DNA of 64,000 nucleotides from an uncultured Gemmatimonadaceae bacterium (GCA_963822945.1 CAWGJO010000021.1:96001-160000); one strand, 5' to 3'. Counted from the first letter of the stretch, positions 44,791 through 55,494 are shown. The notes: generated from the sequence alone by a model not told the origin. Made by a program: numbers and translations.

Positions 44791-46119
44791 GTGAGCGAGT
44801 CGCGCGCCCCCTGGGGCATCGCACGCCTCCTGCTTGCCGCCGCCGTACTCGCGTACGCCTGGCGCATCCAGGATCTCTTCCCCGTTCTGGACGCGTTCAA
44901 ACCGGTGACGCTCGTGACCGGCGCGTTGTTCCTCCTTATGCTCTTGGATCCGCAGCTAGCGAGGAAGATCGCGATCGTCGCGGGAAAGCCACCGGCCATC
45001 CTTGCAGCAATCATCGCCGCCATCGCCGTACTCGGAATCCCGCTCAGCCTGTATCCCGGGTTGAGCTTCAATGTGGCGTTGAAAGTCGTGCTGCCCTCGG
45101 TCATTGTCGCTATCGGCATCGCAGCCACCATCCGCAGCTCGATCGATGCGTATCGGTTCTCAGCCATGCACGTCTTCGGTGCGCTGATATTCTCGTCGGT
45201 CGTCCTCGCCCGGTTCAAGGTGGGACCCGACGGCCGGCTCGGAGACCTCGTGTACTACGATGCCAACGGACTCGGCCTGATCCTCGTGTGCACACTGCCG
45301 CTAGCCAGTTGGTTTGCATTCAATAGCGTTCGGCGCGAGGCAAGACTCGGGGCGATGGCTGCAATCGGCATCATGCTCTTTACGATCATCCGGACTGGTT
45401 CTCGTGGCGCCTTCCTGGGCCTCCTCACCGTAGTTGGCTACGACGTGTTCGCCAACCGGTCGGCCCCGCTCCGCCGGCGACTCGGGCTTGCAGGGATCGC
45501 CGTCGTGCTTTTCGCAGGCGCGGCCGGCACGAAGTATTGGACGATGATGGACAGCATCATGCACCCGACCAAGGACTACAACTGGGCCGGCAACTCCGAG
45601 GGCGGCCGAATGAGTGTCTGGAAGCGTGGGATCGGCTACATGGTCAGCCACCCCGTGGTCGGGGTCGGTGCCGGGAATTTCCCGGTGGCTGAGGGCACGA
45701 TCTCACCCCTGGCGCACATCCAGAATTATGGCTTTGGGCTGAAGTGGTCTGCCGCCCACAATTCCTTCGTGGAAGTTGGTGCCGAGCTTGGAATCCCGGC
45801 CCTGATTGCATTCGTCGCCCTGCTGGTAGGTGGAATCGGACGTGCCCGACGCGTGGTTCGCCTCGGTCGACTCGTGGGGGATGTCCGGGCCGCCGCGATG
45901 GGGGATGCGCTCGCCGCAAGCCTGATTGGGTACTGTGTCAGCGGGTTCTTCCTTTCGCAGGGCTATTCGGCCTTGCCATACAGTGTCATTGGCATTTCAA
46001 TCGGCCTCCACACTGCGCTGGCGAGGCAGCGATTGGCGAGCGGGTTGATCGCGCGTCGGGCCGTTGTCGAATCGCCGCCCCCGACAATTTCAACGGCGGC
46101 CTGGACCTCACAGTCATGA
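44791..46119 (+). CDS. O-antigen ligase / Wzy-like polymerase
   Basis: Multi-TM; DANGLG, TGSRGAFL, GRMSVW...HPVVGVGAGNF, AAHNSFVEVGAELG. Confidence 0.88.
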   Translation: MSESRAPWGIARLLLAAAVLAYAWRIQDLFPVLDAFKPVTLVTGALFLLMLLDPQLARKIAIVAGKPPAILAAIIAAIAVLGIPLSLYPGLSFNVALKVVLPSVIVAIGIAATIRSSIDAYRFSAMHVFGALIFSSVVLARFKVGPDGRLGDLVYYDANGLGLILVCTLPLASWFAFNSVRREARLGAMAAIGIMLFTIIRTGSRGAFLGLLTVVGYDVFANRSAPLRRRLGLAGIAVVLFAGAAGTKYWTMMDSIMHPTKDYNWAGNSEGGRMSVWKRGIGYMVSHPVVGVGAGNFPVAEGTISPLAHIQNYGFGLKWSAAHNSFVEVGAELGIPALIAFVALLVGGIGRARRVVRLGRLVGDVRAAAMGDALAASLIGYCVSGFFLSQGYSALPYSVIGISIGLHTALARQRLASGLIARRAVVESPPPTISTAAWTSQS

Positions 46120-47076
46120 CTGGTATGCGGGTCGTCCCGAGCCCACGGCGCTGAGCCACCGGTGTCGCGGCCTGGACGACGAGGCCGAAACTTCTGACTC
46201 CAGCCGTCCTGACCAACGCGTCTGTGCCAGCGGAGATGGGGGCCCCCGGCAGGGGCGCGTCACCCGCGCGGTTTCCCCCTCAAGCTCCCCTCCGTGGACG
46301 GCGGCATCGGGCACGCCTCTCTGCCGACATCGCTCCGTCATTTCTGCTGTACTAGACACCGCCATGCGCGAGTTCCGGATAGATCACACCCCGGACGATC
46401 AGAGCACCAATCAGCGCCGCATCCGACACCGGGGCCACGCTCCCTGCCGACGCGCACAATCGTATCCGTGTCGGCGAGCGCCGCGACGCGGGTATTGGTC
46501 CCCGAATGCATTCGGGCCGCCGCCCATGACTCCGCCGCCGGCAAATGCTTGGGGCACTCGGAACACATCTTTAGCGACGACCATCCAGCGTACCCACCAG
46601 GCAATGCAGGGTTCAGACCGGCGCGACATAAAGAAGACACAAGCACGCGGGCAGTCTCCGCCCGCGACATCCGACTCCGGGAACACGAGCCGGAAGTGAG
46701 TAGCCCGCGACCCTAGCACCACCCACCCGAGTTGCGGTGGGAAGCGTGGCTCACGACCAGATGCTGAAGGCGTTCACGCTGGCGCTAGCCCGCCTCGAAA
46801 TGCAGCATTCGAGTAGTGGAAGACCTCGTCGCCGGCCTGGTGCCTGCCGGACAAGTTGTGGCTGGGGCGGGCTCGCACGCGAGCCCCCCGCTTCACATCT
46901 GGGCGGTGCTGCCAACACGGCGACCGCGAGGGAAGTCGCCTGGCGGCGCCACGGCATCAAGGCCACCCGCCGTGTGACTTCCATCGCGGCACGTGCGCGG
47001 CGAACCCGGTTAATTCGTGCCGCTCGGACGTGGCACAATGTTTCATTCACGCAGCGCCCACGGCACGGAACTTGTT

Positions 47077-47930
47077 ATGGAACGGCCCGTGACTCCCCAA
47101 CAACCGCGAATCAGCGCGCCGACGGCTTGGCAGATTACTCCCAGTTGTCCGGCAGAGTGGCAGGGTTGGATGAACGCCTGCGACGCTGGATTCTTCCATT
47201 CGCCCAAGAGCTTGCAGACGGGTGCGCCCGCGGGCGAACCGTTGTTCTGTGTCCACTCGAGTCCAGACGGGGTGGACGGAGTAGCGGTAGGCGTTCGTCA
47301 TGCCTGCCGGCTGAGCCGGCAGGCAAGGCACGTGTATTTTCCGTCAATTCCTGCATTACGCGATACTCACAATGGCGCGGGCGCCATCGAGGACTTGGTC
47401 GCCGCACTCAGCGAAGGCGGCGCCGCCGAAGTGATCATGGATTCCTTTGACGCTACGTGGTGCCACGGCTTGCCCGGCGCGACGGCATGCGTTCGCCGAG
47501 AAGAATTCGTCATCGCGCTCGGTGGGACACGGGAGGAAATGCTTGCGCGCTGCAGCCAACACCATCGGCGACACATCCGAAGGGGCGATCGTGCCGGCTG
47601 GACGGTACGCGCACACCTGGACTCGGATGCGAGTCGAGTGCTCGATGTGGTTCAGACCGGAGCGAGGCAGCGAACCAGCCTGCGCGCCGCGTCGCTTGAC
47701 GCCTCTTCGGTCGCAGGCCTTGCCGATCACATCCTCGACTCAACCACAGCGTGGGGGGCGACGGTGTTCGCGGCCTGGGATGGTGAGGTGATGCTCGCCG
47801 CAATATTGGTCGGCTGGGGGGGCCGTCGTGCGTACTATATCGCGGGAGGAGGAACGCCTGAGGGATACGCCGTGGGCGCGGCGGCGTGGCTCCAGTGGCA
47901 CATCACGGTGATGCTCGCATCCGGGGGCTG
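47077..47930 (+). CDS. GNAT/FemAB-like acyltransferase, apparently truncated at a junction near 47.93 kb
   Basis: FFHSP, HHRRHIRRG, AYYIAGG...GY..GA..WLQW; the expected C-terminal part (cf. FDFG...FK in 19810..20832) is missing. Confidence 0.65.
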
Positions 47931-47965
47931 GCACCCACCACGAGCACGTCGGAGTCGTCGCTCAT
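47924..47965 (-). pseudogene. N-terminal fragment of a putative FAD-dependent oxidoreductase (MSDDSDVLVVGA.P)
   Basis: Resembles a Rossmann start DVLVVGAGP; TATGCT 9 nt upstream; the frame ends within about 20 codons inside the GNAT gene. Confidence 0.45.
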
Positions 47966-48105
47966 CCGGCGCGGAGCATACCAGGGGGTCGGCAGTCGTG
48001 CGGATGAATTCCTGCACGCTGCAGTGCGGGCGCTGATTCATAAGGACGCCGCAGGCGCCGCCACTCACTCTTTGCCCGTGGATGGGTCTTTTAGGTGAGG
48101 TGATC

Positions 48106-48832
48106 ATGCGCTCGAAGTTTGTCTTTGGTCTTGCACTCGTTGCCGCCATGGCGGCAGTCCAGGGCTGCGGTTCGGACGACGAAGGAAGCGGCTCCGGCGG
48201 GTCCGGCGGCTCGACCGATGGCGGCATCGGCGGCTCCGGCGGCTCGACCGGTGGCTCTGGTGGGTCCGGCGGCTCGACCGGCGGCTCCGGCGGCTCGACC
48301 GGCGGCTCCGGCGGCATGGCCGGCGGGTCCGGTGGCGCGGCAGGCTCCGGCAGGCGCGGCAGGCGCGGCAGGCGCGGCAGGCGCGGCAGGCGCGGCAGGC
48401 TCCGGCGGCGCGGCGGGCGCAGCCGGCTCTGGTGGCGCAGCCGGCTCTGGTGGCGCAGCCGGCTCCGGCGGCGCAGCGGGTGGAACCAGCGCATCGTGCA
48501 CCGGCACGGCAACGCCCTGCGGCCAGCTCGGCGTAGCCGAGTGTGCCCTCGCCGCGGGCTGTAGCGCGCAGACCCCGAGTTGCAGCGGCACGGCCAAGGC
48601 GTGCAGCACCTACACGACCGCAGCCGGCTGCGCCCAGGCCGGCGGTTGCACGTTCTCGGGCAACCAGTGCAGCGGCACTCCGAACGCGTGCTCGACGAAG
48701 GCCACCAACACTCTGTGCACCTCCGCGGGCTGCACCTGGGACGCCAGCACCTGCGGTGGCACCGCGACGGCCTGTAGCACGATCACGACCCAGGCTACGT
48801 GCGCCTCGCAGCCCGGCTGCAGCTGGCAGTAG
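48106..48832 (+). CDS. Gly-rich lipoprotein with four Cys-rich repeats (frameshift in the GGCAGGCGC repeat near 48350)
   Basis: Lipobox VQG-C, GGSGGST/GGAAG low-complexity linker, then four repeats C.GT...C(x7-8)C...GC. Confidence 0.75.
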
Positions 48833-48887
48833 CGCTTCAGTCGCGGGCAGCGGGGCAGGTCCCCGCTGCTCGCAACTCGCGCTTGGC

Positions 48888-49377
48888 TCAGGACGCGGCG
48901 ACCGCGATCACACCCAGCACCGCGACCAGCAGCACCACCACGATGCCGAGCAGCATGGCGAGGACGAAGCCACCGATCTGAACAATGGTCGCCGTGGACA
49001 GCTTGTTTACCGCGTCCATCAGGTGGCCCATGTCGTTGCCCTGGGTGTCGCGGATCTTCTTGAACGAGCCGCCGGCCAGCAGCAGCATGATGCCGATGAT
49101 GATCAGCGCCAGGGAGATCGGCGCGTTGTACAGCCACTGCGCCAGCCCGAAGATCCAGCTGGTGACGCCCTGACCCAGACCCCACACGATCTGCAGCACG
49201 CCGGAAACCATCGAGCAGCGTGCCGAGCTTGCCGATCTTCTGGTCCTGATCCGGCGTGAACTCGTACGCTCCGCCCCCTGCGGCCTGGGGCGCCCCCGGA
49301 GGAGCCCCGTAGCCGGGCGGTCCGCCACCCGGTGCCTGTCCTCCCCAACCCGGCTGTCCGTATCCACCCTGTTGCAT
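48888..49377 (-). CDS. Membrane protein with Gly/Pro-rich N-terminus (DUF5362-like; frameshift near 49212)
   Basis: MQQGGYGQP...YEFTPDQDQKIGKLG then, in the next frame, three TM helices and DTQGNDMGHLMDA. Confidence 0.6.
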
Positions 49378-49439
49378 GAATGAGCCTCCTGTCAAAAGGG
49401 GTCAGGGTACCGCAACCGCGCGCGCCCAGCCCTCGAAAT

Positions 49440-52400
49440 TCAGTCGCTCGCGGAACGCCTCGGTCGACCCGCGAAGGCGGCGTAAACGACGGGAAGCACG
49501 AACAACGTGAGTAGGGTTGCCGTGACGAGCCCGCCAATCACCACGGTCGCCAACGGGCGCTGAACCTCGCTGCCCGGCGCCGTGGAAATCGCCATCGGCA
49601 AGAAGCCGAGCGAAGCCACCAGCGCCGTCATCAACACCGGCCGCAGCCGGAGCTCAGCGGCCCGGCGAATGGCCAAGGCCGCAGGCGCGCCCCGCTCCTC
49701 TTCCTGGCGCGCAAAGGCGACCAGCACGAGCCCGTTCAGCACGGCCACGCCAAACAGCGCAACAAAGCCAACCCCGGCGGAGATCGAGAACGGGATGGAA
49801 CGCAGCGCGAGGGCCAACACGCCTCCCACGGCAGCGAAGGGAACACCCAAGAATATGAGCGCCGCCGCCCGAGAGGAACGAAACGCCAACCACAAGAAGA
49901 AGAGGATCAGTCCTAGGGCCAAGGGCACCACCACGAGGAGCCGCCGCTTGGCCTCGGTGTAGTGCTGAAACTGGCCGCCCCACTTCCGGTGATAGCCGGT
50001 GGGTAGGTCGAGCTGTTGCTGCACGGCTCCTCGAGCCTCGTCCACGACAGAAAGCAGATCGCGCCCCCGGACGTTGAACTCGACGATGATGCGACGCGAC
50101 TGCGACTCCCGGTTGATCTGCGCCGGCCCAGTGAGGAAGCGGAGACTCGCAACGTCTCCCAGGGGGACGATCTGCCCGCTCACCGATCGAAGTGGCAGGG
50201 CATTGAGGGCAGCGAGGTCGCCGTCGAAACCGTGATGTATCAGGACGACGATTCCAAATCGACGTTCACCCTCCAACACCGACCCCGCCCCGTGCCCCAC
50301 TGCCAGGGTCTCCGCCACGCGGTTCACGTCCGCCACCGTCAGCCCATAGCGCGCGAGCTTGGCGCGTTCGGGCGTTATTCGGAGATAGCGAAGCCCGGCA
50401 ACTTGCTCCGCACGCACGTCCACGGCGCCCGGCACCTTGCCGATGATCTCCTGCGCTCGAGCACCCAACCGCTCCAGCTCGTCCAGGTTCGGTCCGTAAA
50501 TGAGAATTGCGGCATCCGCACGGATCCCCGCGACGAGCTCGTTCGTCCGCATCTCTATGGGTTGCGATATGCCGCCCGCAACCTCCGGCACCGCGCGCTC
50601 GAGCTTCTCCGAGATTTCTCGTGCCAGATCTTCCTTGGCGACGTCTGCTCGCCATTGTGCGCGCGGCCTGAGCGCGACATACACGTCGGTCTGCTCGATG
50701 CCCATGGGGTCCGTTGCCAGCTCGGGCGAGCCGGTCTTGCTCACGACGTGGCTCACTTCGGGCACCTCGAGAATCGCCTTTTGCATTCGCAAGTCCGTGG
50801 CCACCGATTGCGACAGCGCCACTCCGGGCAACCGGCGCGCTTCGACCAGAACGTCTCCCTCGTCGAGCTCCGGTACGAACTCGGCGCCGACCCGCGTGAA
50901 GGCCAATGCCCCGCCCACCAGGAACACGAAGGCGCTGGCGACGACGAGCCAGCGGTGCTGAAGCGCGCGGTCCAACAGCGGTGAGAAGAAGCGCTGGGCC
51001 GTGCGCACCAACCAGGTCTCACGTTGGCTCAGCCGGGGACGGACGACCAGGCTGGTCAGCACGGGCACCAAGGTCAGCGACAACACGAAAGCACCTGCCA
51101 GGGCCAAGAGCACCGTCGAGGCCATGGGGCGGAAGAGCTTGCCCTCCACTGCCGTGAGCGAAAGGATCGGAAGGTAGACGATGGCGATGATGAGCTCGCC
51201 GAAAACACTGGCCGAACGCACCTCCAGAGCAGCGTCGCGCACCACGTCAATCCGCTCCTCCGCGGCCAGCGCACGGCCCAAGCTCATGCGTCGCTCAGTC
51301 AGCCGCCGCGCCGCGTTCTCGACGATGATGACCGATCCATCCACGATGAGCCCAAAGTCGATGGCACCCAGGCTCATCAGGTTCCCGCTGATGCCCAGAG
51401 CCCGCATCATGGTGAGCGCGAACAACAACGAGAGCGGGATGACCGTGGCAACGACCAAACCGGCTCGCAGGTCGCCCAACAGCAAGAACAAGACGAGCAC
51501 GACGAGCAGCGCGCCTTCGACCAGGTTGGTGGTCACCGTGGAGATCGTGCGCTCCACCAACGCCGACCGGTCGTAGAAGGCTTCCACCCGGGTGCCCTCG
51601 GGGAGAGAGGGCTGGATCTCGGCGAGCTTGTCTTTCACCGCTTCGGTGACGGTGCGCGAATTCTCGCCCATCAACATCAGCGTCGTTCCGACGACCACCT
51701 CGCCCTTGCCGTCTTTGGATGCGGCACCGCGGCGTAGCCGGGGGCCAAAGCGAACGTCTCCCACCGTGGCGATGGTGATGGGCACGCCCTCGGGGGTAGC
51801 GCCGATCACCACCCCTTCCAGGTCTTCGAGGGACTGCACGAGCCCGTCCGTGCCAACGACGAAGTGCTCGCCTTCGTGCTCGATGTAGCCACCGCCGGCG
51901 TTCGCGTTCGAGCTTTCCAGCGCCTGCACGACCTGGGCGATCGAAACGCCGGATGCCTGCAGTCGCATGGGATCGAGCACCACTTGGTATTGCTTGTCCT
52001 CCCCACCGAAGCTGTTCACCTCCACCACACCAGGGACGGTGCGGAGCTGCGGGCCAATGTGCCAGTCGAGCAGCTCCTCGAGCTGCATCAGGGTGAGATC
52101 GTCGTTGGTAACGGTGAACTGATAGATCTCACCCAGTCCGGTGCTGATCGGGCCCATCTCGGGGGTCCCGTATTGGCTGGGCACCGCGCTTTGGGCCTCA
52201 CGCATCCGCTCACTCACCAGCTGGCGCGCGAAGTAGATGTCCGTCGAGTCCTCGAATACCACCGTAACGACGCTGATGCCGTACTTGGACAGCGAGCGCA
52301 CCTCGGTCGTGCGCGGCAAGCCGGCCATGCTGCGCTCGACGGGAACCGTCACGTATTTCTCGATCTCGACCGGTGACAACGCGGGCGCACTGGTGATGAT

Positions 52401-52550
52401 CTGCACCTGCTTGCTGGTGACATCCGGAACGGCGTCGATGGGGAGACGTGTCGCGGAGTGGACGCCATAGGCGATGAAGAGCAGCGTGGCCACGATTACG
52501 GCCGCTCTGTTCTTCAGCGACCACGCGACGATCGCCGAAAGGAGCTTCAC
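49440..52550 (-). CDS. czcA: CzcA/CusA-family heavy-metal efflux RND transporter
   Basis: LPIDAVPD, TGLGEIYQ, GAIDFGLIVDGSVIIVEN, RLRPVLMTALVASLGFLPMA, QRPLATVVIGG. Confidence 0.95.
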   Translation of the reverse strand: MKLLSAIVAWSLKNRAAVIVATLLFIAYGVHSATRLPIDAVPDVTSKQVQIITSAPALSPVEIEKYVTVPVERSMAGLPRTTEVRSLSKYGISVVTVVFEDSTDIYFARQLVSERMREAQSAVPSQYGTPEMGPISTGLGEIYQFTVTNDDLTLMQLEELLDWHIGPQLRTVPGVVEVNSFGGEDKQYQVVLDPMRLQASGVSIAQVVQALESSNANAGGGYIEHEGEHFVVGTDGLVQSLEDLEGVVIGATPEGVPITIATVGDVRFGPRLRRGAASKDGKGEVVVGTTLMLMGENSRTVTEAVKDKLAEIQPSLPEGTRVEAFYDRSALVERTISTVTTNLVEGALLVVLVLFLLLGDLRAGLVVATVIPLSLLFALTMMRALGISGNLMSLGAIDFGLIVDGSVIIVENAARRLTERRMSLGRALAAEERIDVVRDAALEVRSASVFGELIIAIVYLPILSLTAVEGKLFRPMASTVLLALAGAFVLSLTLVPVLTSLVVRPRLSQRETWLVRTAQRFFSPLLDRALQHRWLVVASAFVFLVGGALAFTRVGAEFVPELDEGDVLVEARRLPGVALSQSVATDLRMQKAILEVPEVSHVVSKTGSPELATDPMGIEQTDVYVALRPRAQWRADVAKEDLAREISEKLERAVPEVAGGISQPIEMRTNELVAGIRADAAILIYGPNLDELERLGARAQEIIGKVPGAVDVRAEQVAGLRYLRITPERAKLARYGLTVADVNRVAETLAVGHGAGSVLEGERRFGIVVLIHHGFDGDLAALNALPLRSVSGQIVPLGDVASLRFLTGPAQINRESQSRRIIVEFNVRGRDLLSVVDEARGAVQQQLDLPTGYHRKWGGQFQHYTEAKRRLLVVVPLALGLILFFLWLAFRSSRAAALIFLGVPFAAVGGVLALALRSIPFSISAGVGFVALFGVAVLNGLVLVAFARQEEERGAPAALAIRRAAELRLRPVLMTALVASLGFLPMAISTAPGSEVQRPLATVVIGGLVTATLLTLFVLPVVYAAFAGRPRRSASD

Positions 52551-52551
52551 G

Positions 52552-53703
52552 CTATTCCTCCTCGGCGAAGCTGTCTTTGAGCAAGGCGCTCTTCACCGAG
52601 AACACTCCGGCGCTGACGACGACCTCGCCCTCGCGCAGGCCGGCCCGCACTTCGACGCGACCCAAGCTGCCGTCGCCGAGCACGACTTCGTGGAGCTCGA
52701 AGTGGTTGTCGGCCTGCCGGACGAACACGACCTTTTTTCCGTGCACTTCCGTGACGGCCGAGCGCGGCACGACCAACTCCGCCGCGCGCTCTTTGCCCGT
52801 CTCGGTTTCCACCCGCGCGACGCCGAACAGCCCCACGCGCAACAGCTCGTCGTGGTTCTTCAGTCGCACCCGCGCGGTCAGGGTTCGGGCCACCGGATCG
52901 ACCTGCTTGCCCACGTACTCCAACTCACCGGCGAACCGCTGGTCGGGAAAGGCGTTCAGCTCCACTTCGGCTTTGGTCTCGGCGCGGACTTTTCCGAGGT
53001 CCTTTTCGAACACGCGCCCCAAAAACCAAACCTCCGAAAGATCGGCGATCGATCCCAATACCTCGTTGGCCGTGACGGGCTGGCCCACGACCGCATTCCG
53101 AGTCAGCACCGCCCCGGATACGGGAGCGCGCAGGGTCAGACTCGCACCACCCCCGGAGCCAACCGCGGCGAGATCGGCGGACAGACCACGCGCCTTCGCT
53201 TCGAAGGCTCGGACGTCGGCCTCGGCGTCGAGCAACTCTTGTTCGGACGTGAGGCCTTTGTCGAGCAGCGCCCGCAAGCGCTTCGCGTTGGCGTTGGCGG
53301 CCTTCGCTCTCGCTTGCGCGGTCGCGCGCTCTGCCCTGACGCGACCCAACTCGGGCACCCGGACCAACACCAGAGCATCGCCCTTCTTGACCCGAGCACC
53401 CTCCTTGAACAGCACTCGGTCGATGCGTCCGGCGATGGGAGAGCTGATGCGCGCACTTCGGTCCGGATCGGGAACGACTTCACCGGGCAGTGACAGCGTG
53501 GGTACGAGCCGCTCGCGCTTGACCGGCGTGGTGCGAATCTCGGCGGCCTTGATGACGTCGGCCGACAGGTGAACCGATTTGGGGGGCGCGATGTGCTCGG
53601 GCTCGTCCCGGTGGGACGGCTCGCCCGGAGGCAGCTCGCGTTGCTCGGCGGGCTTGGTACAGGACACCACGAGCAAGACCAAGAGTGCGGGCCAGCGGGT
53701 CAT
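52552..53703 (-). CDS. czcB: CzcB-like periplasmic adaptor
   Basis: Lipobox-like VVS-C, lipoyl halves, VPRSAV, GLREGEVVV; between OMF and RND genes. Confidence 0.88.
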   Translation of the reverse strand: MTRWPALLVLLVVSCTKPAEQRELPPGEPSHRDEPEHIAPPKSVHLSADVIKAAEIRTTPVKRERLVPTLSLPGEVVPDPDRSARISSPIAGRIDRVLFKEGARVKKGDALVLVRVPELGRVRAERATAQARAKAANANAKRLRALLDKGLTSEQELLDAEADVRAFEAKARGLSADLAAVGSGGGASLTLRAPVSGAVLTRNAVVGQPVTANEVLGSIADLSEVWFLGRVFEKDLGKVRAETKAEVELNAFPDQRFAGELEYVGKQVDPVARTLTARVRLKNHDELLRVGLFGVARVETETGKERAAELVVPRSAVTEVHGKKVVFVRQADNHFELHEVVLGDGSLGRVEVRAGLREGEVVVSAGVFSVKSALLKDSFAEEE

Positions 53704-54977
53704 GACGCACCTGCCTGGAAGGGGAACGACGCAGCGCGCGCCAGCTCCACCGATGCCGTGCACAGCGCATGACGCGCTTCAACGCGCCCGCGCAAAAGCT
53801 CCATCAGCGCCTGCGCGGTCATCAGAGCGTCGCGCACCGGCAAGCGGAGCTCGGCAAGCTCGCGCCCGATGTCATCCAGAGCCTTCTCCGCTCTTTGGAT
53901 CCGCTGCGGCGTGAACGCCCCCAGCTCCCGTTTGCGGGACTGGAACTCGGCCAACGCGGTCACCAGTGTCAACCGAAGTGCCCGGCGCCTCTCGGCCAGC
54001 CGGCTCGAGGCGCTCTGGCCCAGGGCCTCGGCTTCTTCGATCTCTCCTGCGTAGGACCGGCCCAAGGGATGCGGGAGAGGTATGGGAAGCGCCAGCCCCG
54101 CACCGAAGATGCGGTCGTCTGCGCCCTCGCGAGCGGCGAACACGGACACCGTCAGGTTCGGGATGCGCCGACTGCGATACAGCTCCGCTCGAGCCAAGGC
54201 TTGCTCCCGCCGCGCAGCGAGCACTCTGACTTCTGGTCGCCCTGATTCGCGGCGGGCCATGGCCGCACGCGCGAAGGCTTCCACACCCGAGATGGGCTCG
54301 AGCTGTCCGCTGACCGCGAGCTGCGGTCGCGCGGGATCCAATCCGACGCGACTGGCGAGCTGAGCTCGGCGGGTCTCGAGCCGCCGGGCGGCGCCAATCT
54401 CCAGCCGACGCGCGCTCACTTCCACAGCGGCAGCGAGCTCCGCCTCGACGCTGGAGGCGGCGCCTTCTCTCGCTCGGGCTGACACCGCTTGCTCGATTGC
54501 CGCCGCATTTCGCCGGAACCGACGCACGAGCCGCAGGTCCTCGCGTGCGGCCAAAACGTCGAAGTAGGACTGCCAGGCGTCAGCAGCGACGCGCCGCTCC
54601 TCCAGGAGCGCCTGTTCCCGCTGGGCCCTGAGATTGGCGCGAGCCGCTCGCCTTCGCGCGCCGCGCTGGCCGCCGATCTCGAGCTGTTGCGACAGCTGCG
54701 CACTGAAATCCAAGGACGCTCCCGCGCCACGCGTCTCTCGGCGCCCGGCGCTGATCCCCAGCACCGGATTTTCCGGCAGCACTGCCCGTGCGGCCTCGCT
54801 CCTCCCGCGCGCCGCCGCCGTCTGGCGCTGGCTCGCGTTCACCGCTGGGCTGTGCGAAACGGCGCAACGCGCGACGTTTTGACGGCTGATGGCGGAGCAC
54901 GAGGTGGGCGCCGCGTCCACGTTTCCTGTGAGCGCCAGCGTTGCGAGCGCAACGCCGACGCGAAATCTTGTCCACAT
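53700..54977 (-). CDS. czcC: CzcC/TolC-family outer-membrane factor
   Basis: Signal peptide, LPENPVL, SQQLEIGGQRGAR, RIPNLTVS, long helical coils. Confidence 0.85.
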   Translation of the reverse strand: MWTRFRVGVALATLALTGNVDAAPTSCSAISRQNVARCAVSHSPAVNASQRQTAAARGRSEAARAVLPENPVLGISAGRRETRGAGASLDFSAQLSQQLEIGGQRGARRRAARANLRAQREQALLEERRVAADAWQSYFDVLAAREDLRLVRRFRRNAAAIEQAVSARAREGAASSVEAELAAAVEVSARRLEIGAARRLETRRAQLASRVGLDPARPQLAVSGQLEPISGVEAFARAAMARRESGRPEVRVLAARREQALARAELYRSRRIPNLTVSVFAAREGADDRIFGAGLALPIPLPHPLGRSYAGEIEEAEALGQSASSRLAERRRALRLTLVTALAEFQSRKRELGAFTPQRIQRAEKALDDIGRELAELRLPVRDALMTAQALMELLRGRVEARHALCTASVELARAASFPFQAGAS

Positions 54978-55066
54978 GACGAATAAACCTCCGCTCGGCG
55001 CCGCGGACGGCACCGAGAATCACGCGACCGCTCGACGAGAGCGGCCCTCGAAAGACCGACGGTGAT

Positions 55067-55429
55067 TCAGCCCGCGGTGGGCTTCGGAGGTCGGTACAGG
55101 GAGGTCGGCTCGGGATGTTTCGGCGTGCGGCCGTCGTGAGCCAGATCCAGTCGGCGATAGTCGCGAGGCAGAACCAGAGATGCTGCCCAGTCGTGCTCCG
55201 GGGGTTCGACCACGCCGCTGCGCGCACAGTGACAGTTGGTGCAACCCGGAGGACAGGACTTCCCGTCCTCGTCGCAGTCGCGTTCGTGATGGCCGACGTC
55301 GGCGAGGCCGAGAGCAACATCCTGAGCGGCATGCACGAAGCCGGAGAGCTCCAGCGCCATCAACAGCGCGACGAACCGCACCGCTGCGGCAGCGAGCCAG
55401 AAGATCCGGAACTTTCGGGCACCAAGCAC
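55067..55429 (-). CDS. Small His/Cys-rich protein, CzcI/DUF2946-like
   Basis: Hydrophobic N-terminus, HHERDCDEDGKSCPPGCTNCHC, C-terminal LYRPPK; first gene upstream of czcCBA. Confidence 0.65.
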   Translation of the reverse strand: MLGARKFRIFWLAAAAVRFVALLMALELSGFVHAAQDVALGLADVGHHERDCDEDGKSCPPGCTNCHCARSGVVEPPEHDWAASLVLPRDYRRLDLAHDGRTPKHPEPTSLYRPPKPTAG

Positions 55430-55494
55430 GGGGAAGGTACGTAACGTAGCGTATGTTTCCGGGATTTCAACGCTGGTGGCATACTCACCCCGCC

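Noticed and set aside
47900..48110. Mobile element boundary or att site
   Set aside because: No integrase, transposase, tRNA, inverted repeat or target duplication visible
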